Source: the human T2T-CHM13v2.0 reference genome, Homo sapiens. From it: DNA of 64,000 nt. The DNA lies in the NCBI RefSeq assembly GCF_009914755.1, contig NC_060938.1. One strand, given 5' to 3'. The notes beneath the pieces are model-generated. The model saw only the letters and a program-made list of their open reading frames with translations, was not told the origin of the DNA and ran no database searches. Position 1 is the first letter of the stretch; each line of letters opens with the position of its first letter. The position numbers and the translations under genes were made by a program. Shown here in pieces: positions 35,776 through 51,965 of this stretch.

Positions 35776-36189
35776 GTTTAAATATGTCATGGACATTCAT
35801 AATAATTCAATAAGTTTGATTATCTTGTTAATATCATTATGTCTTTGGGGAAGTATTAAGGTACTTTTTTTTGTACTTTTGAACTAGGCTATCATAAGTG
35901 AAAGCTGTGTGGGTGTGTAATCTAAGCCAATAGTTGTTTATTTACTTATTTGCCTTCTCTCTGAGTCTTCATGTTAAAAATTGAACAGATCATTTTTGTC
36001 CTCACACCAGCTGTTCAAGTCTAATTAGCTCTTTTTTCCCTTTAGTGTCATTGCTGTTCTTTTGTTTTGATTAACAATTTAAGTATGAATATTTTTTAAT
36101 GTAAGAGACTTTTTTATTTTTGATATTATGGGTTAATTTCATGTCAACATAATAGCTCTCTGTTTAAACATATCTCCTAGTAATAAAAT

Positions 36190-36440
36190 AGCTCACACTT
36201 TTAAAGTTCTTACTGTGTGCCCGGTACAGTTCTGAGCACTTTACATATATTCTCTCATTTAATCCACCCTATAAAGCACATGGTAATATACAAATTGTAT
36301 AGCTAAGAAAACTGAAGCACAAAAGGGTTACATAATTTGTCAAAGGCTACACAGCTAGAATGGTGCCAGGATTCAAACCCAGGCAGAGGCAGTCTGGCTT
36401 TATAGTCTGTGTTTTCAACAAGTACACTGTACTACCCCTC
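36190..36440 (-). mobile_element. MIR
   Basis: ctcatttaatcc...gaaaactgaagcacaaaagggt...ggattcaaacccaggcag core. Confidence 0.75.
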
Positions 36441-36713
36441 TTTACTTTGATATGTAGAAGTCAAGTGGGACTTTGGAAGTGAAAGTTTTTGACATTTTAA
36501 AATGTGGATAGTATTAATAGCTTTCTATTAGCCTTTATTTTGAGGTTTAAATTAGATAGTGATGTGAAGCGTTGAGTACATATAAGTGCTTAATAAAAGT
36601 CACTGGGTATGGTGAGTATGTCGACAGTGCTGATGATGGAGGGAGGGGTGATTGTCAGATAGGGCTTTTTTAAATATGAGAATATAACCATTAAGATCCA
36701 GATGGTATATTAG

Positions 36714-36971
<258 letters not shown>

Positions 36972-37069
36972 TGAGTAGAAAATTTTAAGGAAGAAAAAAT
37001 TTTTTTGCTTAACGTTAGTACGGAAATCCATTATATTGCTTCATAAAAATATTGCTTTTGATCATGACT

Positions 37070-37387
<318 letters not shown>

Positions 37388-39644
37388 TCTGTTATTTTTA
37401 AAACTGTGATATTAATATGATGTTTCTGTCCTGTTTTGCATGATTTAAGCTGCTCTTCTAGGCCAATGACTTATATACAAGTGGCTTGGTGATATTCCAA
37501 GGGGAACAATTGAACTGTGTATTATAATTAATTTTAAAAAGTTAATATATGTGACTTATATAATTAATACTTCAGACTTTACACTAACATATGTTAGAAG
37601 ACTTGAATGAATACAAGACTTCAACAGGCTCATGTGGGAAGAAACCCTTTGACATTTCACAAACATCTACCCTTCGGCCTGGGATCCAGCTGTAGAAGCT
37701 GAGGTCTTCACTAGGTCTGGACAAAGGTGAACATGAGTATTTACATGCGACTTTCTATTGACCAGTCAGGAGGCAACTGTAGGAAAGCATTCATGAACTG
37801 TGGTAAACTTTTTGGCTGATTTACTCCAACTCCTGTATTCGTCTTACCATCCTTGCTTACTTACAAATAATTAGAACACTCCAGTCCTTAGACTGCTCCA
37901 AGGTTCCTCTTTTGATTGAGCCAGGACAAATGAGTTTTCTTGGGCAACTTAGTATGCCCTCTGGGAAGAGAGAAGACTTGCCTCATTCTTGGATCCTGAT
38001 CACTGAGGAGAAGATAATCCTGGAGCTGTCGGATGCCACCACATGAACAGTCAACAGGCTCTTAGTACTGATTTTTGACTGGACACTCCTCCCTGAACAA
38101 ACGAACTATCCATTTCTTCTGCACAAATTTATACAGAACAGCCTCAACCCACCAGCCTGAGAGATTCCCAGGGACTTAGAAATCACCCATGTAGCTCCAC
38201 AAACACTTCGTTCTCATAGATTGACTTCCACCCTGCAGCTAAAATTGATAGTGTGTTTTCACAGCCAAGTTGTTAGGGCTGAGGCAGTCAATGGATCTCA
38301 GGAATATTCCCGGCCCTGTGCTTGATAGGAGCAAATGCACAATAAAGCCCTGGCTGCAGAATCTTTCAACTTCCAGTCATTCTTGCAGGGCAGGGAACTC
38401 CCAACATGAACCCAAGTGTGTTCCTCTCTTATAGCAGTCTTTGGGCATCCTTCTGACAGCGTAGGCCCACTAACCCAGTGGTGCAGCAGCTATGGAGGCT
38501 TCGGGAGACCTGGGGACACTTCAGCCTGGACAGCTCCCTGAGCCAAGTACAAACCCGGTCAATGTGTATTGAACGAATGAGCATCACTAGCACAGTCAGT
38601 CCATGGAGGAAATTAGAGGATCTAGATCAGGGGGCAAAGAATCCTGAATTAAAAGGCAAACAACACACAGTAAGAACATATGAAACGAAGATGCTAGTAA
38701 AGCATTAATTTTTAAATATAAAGATCTCTATAAATTAATAAGAAAACACAGATCCAAGTCTAGAAATGTTCAAAGGACATGAATAAGACTCTACAAAAGA
38801 GGAAGTACAGTTTATCAGCAAGCAAACTAAATAAGTTTTGCCAGTAACCAAGATAATGCAAATTGAAATAACAATAAGATGCATCCATTTAAAAACTATT
38901 ATTGCTGAAACAATCATATTATCTAATTTTGGTGAGGGTTGGGTAAAACTTAGACTTAATTATGTTTTTGATGATGTAAATAGAGGTTGTTAGGATTACA
39001 TTTCACCAGTACTTCCAAGAATCTTAAGTATTCGTGTCCTGTGGCCCAGAAAGTTAATCCAATATCTGGCTATCTAGTATAGTGAATTAATTTAGGGTTT
39101 AGGAAGAAAATGTGTGTGTGTGTGTGTGTTTATGTGTGTGTAAGTTTTTTTTGTAGTGATATATATATAATAGTGGAAAAATTGGAAATTTCCTAAATTT
39201 TTCCAATTGAAACATAATTAAATAATTAAGACATGTTTGTTGAAATGTTATATAGTCATTTAAAAATATAATTATGAAGTCTATACAAAAGCATGATAAG
39301 TGTTTATGGTTCTTGTAATCAAAATGAAAAATCAAGAATGAAAACTATTTTAAATTTTAGTTATGTATAAGTAGATAGTAAAAGACAAAGGGAATAGTGA
39401 AAATGAAGTCATCTTAAGATAGAATTTTGTGTGTTTTCCTCTTTATTTTTCATATTTTATAAAATATGCTTTCATAATTAAAAAATTTTGTTATCCATTG
39501 GGTTCACAATAAAAACTTAAAGGGCATGCTTTGTTTTTATGTATATGTGTATACACACACACATATACATGTATATACACATACTCATAAAAATATTTGA
39601 GTAAAAATGATAAACAGAAAGCTGAATGTTGTATTCTGTTTTAG

Positions 39645-39788
<144 letters not shown>

Positions 39789-39815
39789 TAATGTCTGACT
39801 GTAGATTTTAACTAA

Positions 39816-40182
<367 letters not shown>

Positions 40183-41228
40183 AAAACAAATTTTGAATTG
40201 TTTATGAACTTGAAAGTTTGTTTCAGATCCTTACATTTATAACTATTTGGAAAGTGATAATCTTTAGTGTAACTTTTTGGTAATTTAAGTTGTGAAACTC
40301 ATGTGAAGAAAGAATTTCTGTCACTTTGGTGATGAATCTTTGATTTACATGGGAATTATAGATATCCTAAATGAATTTTATAGTGACAGTTGGGAGTTTA
40401 TATTTTGGAATGTTACCTTGTTATCCCACTGTTGACATGATACAAAAATATGCATTTCTTCCTGGCATTTATTTGCTTTTGAATAATGAAGTTATGGCTT
40501 TACTACACAGCAAAATAGCACTGTAACTTACCCCAGGTTTTGTTTATTGTAAGCAAACTTGGCCAAGGGTACAGTTTTAAAAGGAGAGAGAATACCAGCA
40601 ATCTTTCATGATCATAAGTAATGAAATAGAACTGTCCGTAAGTGACATTTGTGCTTAATTGAATTTTTTCATCAGTATTTTTTTTTAACCTTCTGTTTAT
40701 TGAAACTTCTGTGATAACAAGCAATAAATTTTTGGACTGTTTATCATTCTGCTGTCAGTAAGAGGCTATTGCATGACTACATTTTATATAATGAGGCCTA
40801 ATGATTAGATTTGTAAAATGACTATTTTGTTTTTTTTCCTGAATTATTTGATTCTGTATCCATCTTCGTGTGAGTTCATATATGTTTATACTTAGAGATC
40901 TACACATGTAAACACTTTCCTTTATCTTAATTCTGGAAGAGAAGTCTCAATTATATCAACCTGTTGATCAATTAAGTGATATTGCTGATGGAGTCCTTTA
41001 CAGAAAAACAGCTGATTAATTTTTTAAAGCTATTGAAATGTTGACCTAATGGCTTGGGGACTAGCTTGGATTTCATTTACTAATTAAATCAATTCTGAAT
41101 AGGGTATTAAAATGATTAAAAAGGACCATGTAATTATAAGCTTATACTATAGGTGGAAATATGATAAATTACTTATAAATTTTAAAAGTGTTAAGCACAA
41201 CAAAAACTTTCTGAAAATGCTTTCTTAG

Positions 41229-41432
<204 letters not shown>

Positions 41433-42587
41433 TAAATATACTTTTAAAAATTATAAAGTTGTTATTCTAGAATGTCTTTAATCTATATCACCTATCTGCC
41501 TTCATGAAGCTTCATGATTATCTGCCGTTCCCCACCTAGATTTTGTCTATCTGTTTCCTGCTTTCTTCTTTCTTTCCACTTCCTTTGGCTTCTTTTCCTC
41601 CAATTTGTCTTTTTTTCTTTCTGTTAATTTTGGTTTTTGGATTCATGGTGAGGTGACTAGTTAATTGATATTGAGAAAAAAGTTGTGAGAAATCTATAAT
41701 CCAAAGGAATATCCCATATGGAAGGAAGAGTTATAGAAATGATAGAAATAATGAAATAGAGGGAAAAATAGGTGGAAGTAAATTATAAAGGATGGGACAA
41801 AAGATCATAGAACATTGAAACTACTTGACCATTATGTCATTAGACTTTAAAGAACACATTTGATCATGTTTCTTTGACTTTTAGAGCTAAGATCAGTTTT
41901 GTTAATCATAAAATGAAATCCAATTTTAGAATATACAGAGGTGTGCAGTATATTAATGTTATTCGCTCACAGATATGTCTTTTCTCATGTGAGTGCCACA
42001 TGAGAATTTTGAAGACAGGGACCTTATTTATTTTTATATTCCTAATGCCTAGCAAAGGTACTTGGTAATTGTTTATGCAATATACAAGCGAAAGAAATGG
42101 TTATAGAAGTAGCAGAGAATTTAGCATTCAAAGACAAGTGTTCCTGTATTAGCTCTGCCATTTATAAGCTGTGGACTTCATTTTTCAATGGAATAATATT
42201 ACTGAGTTGTACTATTTAGAGAGACCCAAAGTGTTTTTGATTGAATTATTTATAGATAAAATGATGTGATATCTGTGATTTGCTTCAAAATGATATGTGA
42301 AGGGGAAAGTGGCTAGATGAGACAAGATTGACCATAAGTTGATAATTGTTAAAGCTGGGGAGCGGATAAATGCAATTCATGTTATTTATGTAACAGATAC
42401 AGTACAAGGACACTATTTGTTTACTTTTAAACACATATGATTTTTTTGTAATAAAAATTTTAACAATTCCAGAAATAACTCTATTGGTTATGATGTGGTA
42501 ATGCAAATAATTTGTAAGATGACTGACCTTATTGCATATTTAAATGTAAATTATAAGTTGTATAAGAGCAAAAAGTGATTTTGGAAG

Positions 42588-43296
<709 letters not shown>

Positions 43297-43615
43297 GGAA
43301 GCATCAATTTTTTAACGATAATTATTAAGCATACATTTCTAGAGAGAAATAATAGTGTTTTATGTAGGAATAATTATGTTTTCTAGTTTATTTTGTGATT
43401 GCATAAAATGAATATTGGGTTCTAAAAAGACAAACTGATTGTGTAATTAAGGGTTCCTCAATATGATATGTCTGACTAATGTGTATATTATAATTAATGT
43501 GATACCACCTAATTAGAAATGCTGTTGGTTAATTTAGAAGGGTTTCTTAATTCACCTAGTTCCTTGCCTATAGTTGGTACTCAGTAAATGTTGAACAAAT
43601 ACATGAATATAATAG

Positions 43616-43828
<213 letters not shown>

Positions 43829-44149
43829 TAAGTTTATAATGTTTTTGGTATGAATAGAACCATAGTAGAAAATATAAATGGAAAGTATTAAAATGTGGCT
43901 GAAAATATTCCTTGTCTTCTTTTGTTTATTAAACTTTCTTTGCTTTAGTCACTGGAAAGTGTTTGATATAATGCTGAGGGCTTAACTATTGTTGGAGGTT
44001 ATTGTTTTTGTCCTTGAATATTTGTACTCAATCTGTCTACTCTGGCACAAGTAGACTATTAGGAAGCCTTAAAAATGTACGTGTTCTTTAATCCAGTGAT
44101 TCATTTCCAGAAACTTATCCTAAAGAAGTAATTATGGTTTGCTGCTAGG

Positions 44150-44497
44150 CCAGGGCCACGAACCAGTACCAGTCTGTGGCCTGTTAGGAACCAGGGAACT
44201 AAGCTGCACAGCAGGAGGTGAGCAGCGGGTGAGTGAGCATTACTGCCTGAGCTCCACCTCCTGTCAGATCAGCTGTGGCATTAGATTTCATAGAAGCACA
44301 AACCCTATTGTAAACTGTGCATGTGAGGGATCTAGGTTGCACGCTCCCTATGAGAATCTAATGCCTGATGATCTGAGGTGAAACAGTTTCCTCCCGAATC
44401 TATCCCCCCACCCCCTACCCCACCACCCCTGCCCTGGTCTGTGGAAAAATTGTCTACCACAAAACCAATCCCTGATGCCAAAAAGGTTGGGACTGCT
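44150..44497 (+). mobile_element. MER1B-like hAT (Charlie3) element
   Basis: ggcctgttaggaacc...cagcaggaggtgag...gggatctaggttgcacgctccctatgagaatctaatgcctgatgatctg...aaaaaggttgggactgct. Confidence 0.88.
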
Positions 44498-44831
44498 ATA
44501 CTAGGCCATATAATACCTAGCACTACAAAGAGGGCACTGTTCTAGGTTTGTTACATACTGATAACAACAAGCTGTAATATGTTATTATTGTTACATATTA
44601 CAATAACAATTGTAACTTGTTACATATGAATATGAAATGAACGCTATTATTTGTATTTTTACTTGTAAGAAACCTTAAGGAAGTTATGGAATAAGTGAAA
44701 TGGCTGAATATTAATATAGTCATGAAAATTAGGTTTAGAAGAAATTTAATGATATAAAAAGATATTAATAATGTACTGGCATATAAACAAAGCAGGATAC
44801 TAACAATGTAACCCCAGTTTACAAGATCTTA

Positions 44832-45189
<358 letters not shown>

Positions 45190-45698
45190 TTAACTGTGTT
45201 TATTGCTGAACCTAGGATTATAGGTGAGCTTTATCAATTTTTTAAACTCTTACATTTTTTTCTAAATTTTCTACAATGAACACCTATTATTTATATAATA
45301 ATTTTTAAGAAGTCTATTAACTGCACTAAAGAAATGTTCTAGAAGTCTCCTGTTCCCCTTTCCCTTCCTGAAGATGACTTTGGAAATAAATTTTTTCTTT
45401 ACATTTTAAGAGGAAAACTACCTATAATACAGCCTATATGTGTATTACCGTGAAGAAAGGGCAGCTGGACATCTTTTCTAGCTCTGATCTGATATGGTTT
45501 TTATGTGTGCACTCAGAGTGGAAATCAAACAGTTTAGGTACATGATATGCCAGATAGTCATTGGCCCAAGTCTTATTTTGAGTTTAGGAGTTCTTTTAAG
45601 CTTTTCATTAGACTAATCTGAAAGATTTTAATTTGATTTCATAAACTATCTCCCACAAGGAGATTCTGTTTAGCATGTTTTATCTTCTTCAGAGGTAC

Positions 45699-46277
<579 letters not shown>

Positions 46278-46698
46278 TGAAATAGAATTTTTTTTTGTTT
46301 TTATTAAAAGACAAAAGCTTTAGTTCATCGTGGATTTATATATTCCAGAGGTCAAGTAAATTCTCCAGTAACAAAAGGTAAGCTCTTCTAACCTTACTTC
46401 TTAGTACTTCTTTGGTGATGGTTAGTTCTCTCTCACCCTCTTATTTCATATTGCAGCTTTCAGATTATTAAACCACTCTTCATACCTCCCACCCCAAATC
46501 TCTTTGTTATCCCCATAGTACTTTGTACATATTTTTGTTATAGTAATTATCAGATTATATTAAGGTTGGTTTCCATATGTACCTCACTCTTTATACTATA
46601 AATTACTCAGGATTTAAGGATGTTTCTCCTTTTGTGCCTAGTCCTTGCCTGATACCCAACAAGAGTTTAAGTATTCATTGAATGGTTAAAATGAGCCT

Positions 46699-46982
46699 CT
46701 TTCTTCATGGAGCCTATGCCATTCTTTTCTCCATTTTTTTCTTTTCTTCCTTTCTTTATGGTGCCTATGCCCTTCTCTTCTCCATTTTTTTCTTTTCTTC
46801 CTCTTCTTTTTCTCCTTCCCCCTTTTCCTTTTCTTCTCCTGCTTCTCTTCCCGATTTTTTCTTTTCTTCCTCTTCTTTTTCTCTTTTCCCCTTTCGCTCT
46901 TCTCCCCATTCTCTTCCCCATTTTTTCCTTCTCTTCCTCTTCCTCCTGTTTTTCTTCCTTTCCACCTCCTCCTTGTTTTTTT
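46699..46982 (+). repeat. Polypyrimidine low-complexity tract with a 51-bp tandem unit
   Basis: ctttcttcatggagcctatgccattcttttctccatttttttcttttcttc is repeated at 46699 and 46750, followed by degenerate CT-rich copies. Confidence 0.88.
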
Positions 46983-47035
46983 GAGGTAAGTTTACTTGCC
47001 ATAAAAGTCACCACTTCTAAGTGTACAGTTTGACA

Positions 47036-47663
47036 AGTTTTTTGTTTGTTTGTTTTAATTAGAGCCAGGGTCTCCCTCTGTCATCTAGGCTAGAGGCTGG
47101 ACTGCAGCGACATGATCATAACTCACTGTAACCTCTAACTCCCGGGCTCAAGCAACTCTCCTGCCTTAGCCTCCCAAGTAGTTAGGACCATAGGTGTGCA
47201 CCACCATGCCCAGCTAAAAATCATTTTGGGTCCAGGCACACAGTGGCTCACGCCTGTAATCGCAGCACTTTGGGAGGCCAAGGAGGGCAGATCACCTGAG
47301 GTGAGGAGTTTGAGATCGTCCTGGCCAACATAGTGAAACCCCGTCTCTATGAAAAATATAAAAATTAGCTGGGTATGGTGACACACACTTGTAATTGCAG
47401 CTACTCCGGAGGCTGAGACAGGAGAATTGCTTGAACCCAGGAGGCGGAGGTTGCAGTGAGCCAAGGTCACGTCACTGCACTCCAGCCTGGGCAATAGAGC
47501 GAGACTCTGTTTCAATCAGTCAATCAATCAGTCAATCAATTTGGTAGAGATGGGGTCTTGCTATATTGCCCAGGCTAATCTCAAACTCCTGGCCTCAAGT
47601 GATCCTCCTCCCTCAGCCTCCCAAAGCACTGGGATTACAGGAGTGAGTCACCGCACCTGGCCC
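47036..47663 (-). mobile_element. Antisense AluJ with a sense AluS (about 47229-47540, (TCAA)n tail) nested in its middle linker
   Basis: Right arm 47040-47225, sense Alu, then left arm 47541-47663; outer TSD cagtttgacaagtt. Confidence 0.88.
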
Positions 47664-47664
47664 A

Positions 47665-49020
47665 GTTTGACAAGTTCACACAGCTATATATTAGCCACAT
47701 AATCATGAGATAGAAAAACATTTCTGTCTTCTCCAAAAGCTTCCTTATGCCATTTTGCAGTCAATTCCTAAACCTCACTCGTGCCCACTGGCCCCTAACA
47801 ACACTGATCTGCTTTCTATTACTGTATTTTTACCTTTTCTAGAATTTCATACATATGTAATCATGCAATATGTAGCCCGTTGTTGGCTGGCTTCTTTTAT
47901 TAGCATAATATTTTGACAATCATGCTATTGCATGTAGTAATAGTATAATGTATAGATATACCATAATTTGTCAATCCATTTACCAGTTGATGGACATTCA
48001 TAGTCTTTCAGTTTTTGGCTATTATGAATAAAGCTGCTATGAACATTTGTAAGCAAATCTTTGTGTAGAAACCTTTTAATTTTGGTTGGTCATATGATAA
48101 GTAAATGTTTAACTTTATAAGAAACTGCTAAACATTTCCAAAAGTGGGTGTACTATTTTGCATTCCACCCAGCAGTGTATGTGACTTTAGTTGCTCCACA
48201 TCCTCCCCAACACTTGGTGTTGTCAGTGTTTATAATTCTAGCCATTTCCGAACATATGTGGAGGTATTTCCCTAACTATACTAATACCTGAGTAGTATAA
48301 TTATTAATGATGTACAACTTTTTAATGTGTTTATTTGCCATCTGTATATTTACTTTGGTGAAATCTCTTTAAATCATTTGACCATTTTTAAGTTCGAGTC
48401 GTGTCTTCATATTACTGAGTATGAAGTTTTTTATCTATTCTGGATACAAGTCCTTTATTGGATATATGTTTTGTAAATATTTTCTTCTACTTTGTGTTTT
48501 GCCTTTTTGTTTTCTCAGCATTATTTTTTGAAGACAAAAAGATTGATTTTGAAGAAGTCTAATTTATCAGGTTTTTTCTAGTAGTTTGTAGGGATTTTTG
48601 CATGCTGCTTTTAAAAAAATCTTTGCTAACCCAAGATCATTAAGATAGTTTCCTATGTTTTCTTCTAGAAGATGTATGGTTTTAGATTACACATTTAGGC
48701 CTATAGTATATTTTGAGTTAAGTTTTATGGTGTGAAGTAAGGATCAAGTTCTTTTTTGTTTGGGGTTTTTTGGCATATGGATATCCAGCTGTTCTAATAC
48801 CATTTGTTGAAAAGATTATCATTATTCCATTGAACTACCTTAACACCTTGGTTGAAAATCAATTGGTTATATATGTGTGCATCTTGTTTTTGGACTTTGT
48901 ATCCTGTCTCATTCACCTGTAAGTTATACTAATACCATACTTCTTGATTACTGTAATTTAATAGTAACACTTGAAATTGGATAGTGAAAGTTTTTCTAAC
49001 TTTGTTCTTTTTTTCTTTTT
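47665..49020 (-). mobile_element. L1MB/MC 3' portion (continues from about 46976-47035)
   Basis: Antisense L1 (tttggctattatgaataaagctgctatgaacatt; taccatttgttgaaaaga). Confidence 0.85.
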
Positions 49021-50837
49021 TATTCCTGTTTATCATTATCTCTACTTTTTTTCTTCTTTCCAGCCTCAGGATAAGCTATTCTTTCTCCCTCATAGACTAT
49101 CCTTTAACAGCCCGAATCCTAGACTTCAGAGTCTATATTCACCACTTTAATTTCTCATTACCTACTTCCTCTTTGGTCCTTATAGGTTGGCCTTCTTTTG
49201 CCCTCCCCCTCAAGAAACTCCTTTCTCACAGCATTTGCTTGTCAAAAATGCTTCCCTTTTTCAAATCCTTGTTTTACTGTATGGCTCAAGCATAGGCACT
49301 ATTGACCATCTCTGATGCTTAAACTCTTCTCCTGGTGTTGGCTGCTTAGACTTCATTCTGTTAATTCTTCCTCTTTTAAAAAAAAAAAAAAAAACTTCTT
49401 TAAGACCTTCATTTTCTCATTTTATTTTCTGCTACTTGAATAAAATTATTTCCCTAGTTCCCATGCTTTGCCCTCTTTTCTGTTTTCTTCCAGTTTCCTC
49501 CTGACATTAGTTATCCTGTGTCAGTTGATGAACCCTAAGCCATGTATTTGGGCCGACAACTTGCAGTTCTGCTGGTTGATGAATATTGTGCTTGATGCTC
49601 CCCTGGCATCTCATCTTTAGTATGTCTAAAATGCTTCTCATTTTTGAGATCACAGTTCTCCCAGCACCCAATCTCTGAAGCCTTGGAGTTATTATTTGTT
49701 CTATTTTCTTTGCTTTGCTCTTCTTCATTCCCCACTCAGCCATACCCTATATCCCAGCTTCATAGAGTTTATTGTTGCATTTGGCTAATTTGTCCTATTT
49801 AGCATAGCTCACATGCCTCCTTCTGTTGTTACTATCCCAGTTTTCTCTCGTCATCTCATCTTTGAAGGGAGGACAAAAATAAACAACAAATTTATGAGAA
49901 AATTTTTTTCCTGGTGAAAATCTGACATTTTACAAATTGGGTATTTAGATCCTGTTTTCTTCCCTGTCAAAGATTTGTGTTTGCTTTTGTTTTGCCAGTG
50001 TCTGGGTAGGGATTTGGGACCTTATAAAAACGATGTTCTGATTTTGGGCCATGCTCAAAGAATGAATTATGGAAACTAAAAAGGAGATGTATCAACATAT
50101 ATTGTTGAATATGAATTTGGGATTGGGATAGTCTCTGCTATGGTAACTCAAGAGCAAATTGCTGTTACTTACCCCGTCAACAAGTGATCCCACTAGACGT
50201 CTACCCACTTTTTAGGGAATTCTGGATATTGTTACTATAGTTGTGTTACTTAAGCAGTACTCTTTGGTGAGGTCACATCTCCATCAGGTTGTACAAATGA
50301 GTATCCACTTATTTTCCGCATGGAGCTTTATAAATATCACTACTTTAAGTCAAGTAAAGTCTCTCCAGGAGATTTTACTTAATTTGATGTACATTCATGT
50401 AAGTGAGAAGTACAACCCATTCAGATATTAATATACCTATAGGACATCTGATAACAAGCACCTCAACTGCAGTAGATGTTAATAACTGATGTATCTGAAA
50501 CTAGAAGGAAGGGAGGTTTGCCTTTATATTTAGTGCATTCTTTTGTTGTAGTCAAGATCTATCACAGAGTTTCCTGTTGTTATACTCTTGGAAATGTGAG
50601 TTGTATTCAGATGAGGGCATTTAATGTGCCCATTTTTATCACTAAATTCTGTAGTAGTAGAGAAGAGGCCATCTGAGTAAATTTTCATCTCCCTTTTTTT
50701 TATTTACAGAGAATATTTGTTATGTAAGTTGTCCTCTTAGTCTTTTTCATAATAAGTAGATACATTTGTATTTTCATTTTTATTCCTCTTTCCACCCTCC
50801 CCCACCCACCCCCATACACGTATATTGGCATCTCTAA

Positions 50838-51141
<304 letters not shown>

Positions 51142-51171
51142 GGCATCTCTGAACTTTTAAGAATGAAAGTT

Positions 51172-51478
51172 CGGCCCAGGCGCAGTGGCTGTCGCCCGTA
51201 ATACCAGCACTTTGGGAGGCTGAGGCAGGTGTATCACCTGATGTCAGGAGTTCAAGACCAGCCTGGCCAACATGGTGAAACCCCATCTCTACTAAAAATA
51301 CAAAAATTAGCCAGGCATGGTGACGCGTGCCTGTAGTCCCAGCTATTCAGGAGGCTAAGGCAGGAGAATCGCTTGAATCTGGGAGGTGGCAGTTGCAGTG
51401 AGCCAAGATCACATCATTGCACTCCAGCCTGGGTGACAGAGTGACACTACGTCTCAAGAAAAATAATAATAATAATAA
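51172..51478 (+). mobile_element. AluS
   Basis: Sense Alu with (TAA)n tail and TSD aatgaaagtt. Confidence 0.92.
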
Positions 51479-51481
51479 TGA

Positions 51482-51775
<294 letters not shown>

Positions 51776-51844
51776 TAGTAAAATAGATGAATTTTAAGCT
51801 GCATACCATAAGATCATTGTTTGTGGTAGAAGTATTATTATCAT

Positions 51845-51965
51845 TTTTAGAGACATGGTCTTTATTTATTGCCCTGGCTGGTCTTGAAGTTCTGGGCTTA
51901 AGTGATCCTCCTGCCTCAGCCTCCTGAGTAGCTGGGATTACAGGCACCAGCCACCATGCCCAGCT
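51845..51965 (-). mobile_element. FLAM/Alu monomer
   Basis: Antisense monomer. Confidence 0.75.

Noticed and set aside
44400-44435. C-run cluster forming a potential minus-strand G-quadruplex
   Set aside because: Lies in the normally C-rich segment of MER1B; no evidence of locus-specific function.
46667-47033. Overlapping Lys/Arg/Glu-rich and Phe/Ser/Leu-rich ORFs
   Set aside because: Artefact of a CT-rich low-complexity tract that lacks stop codons.
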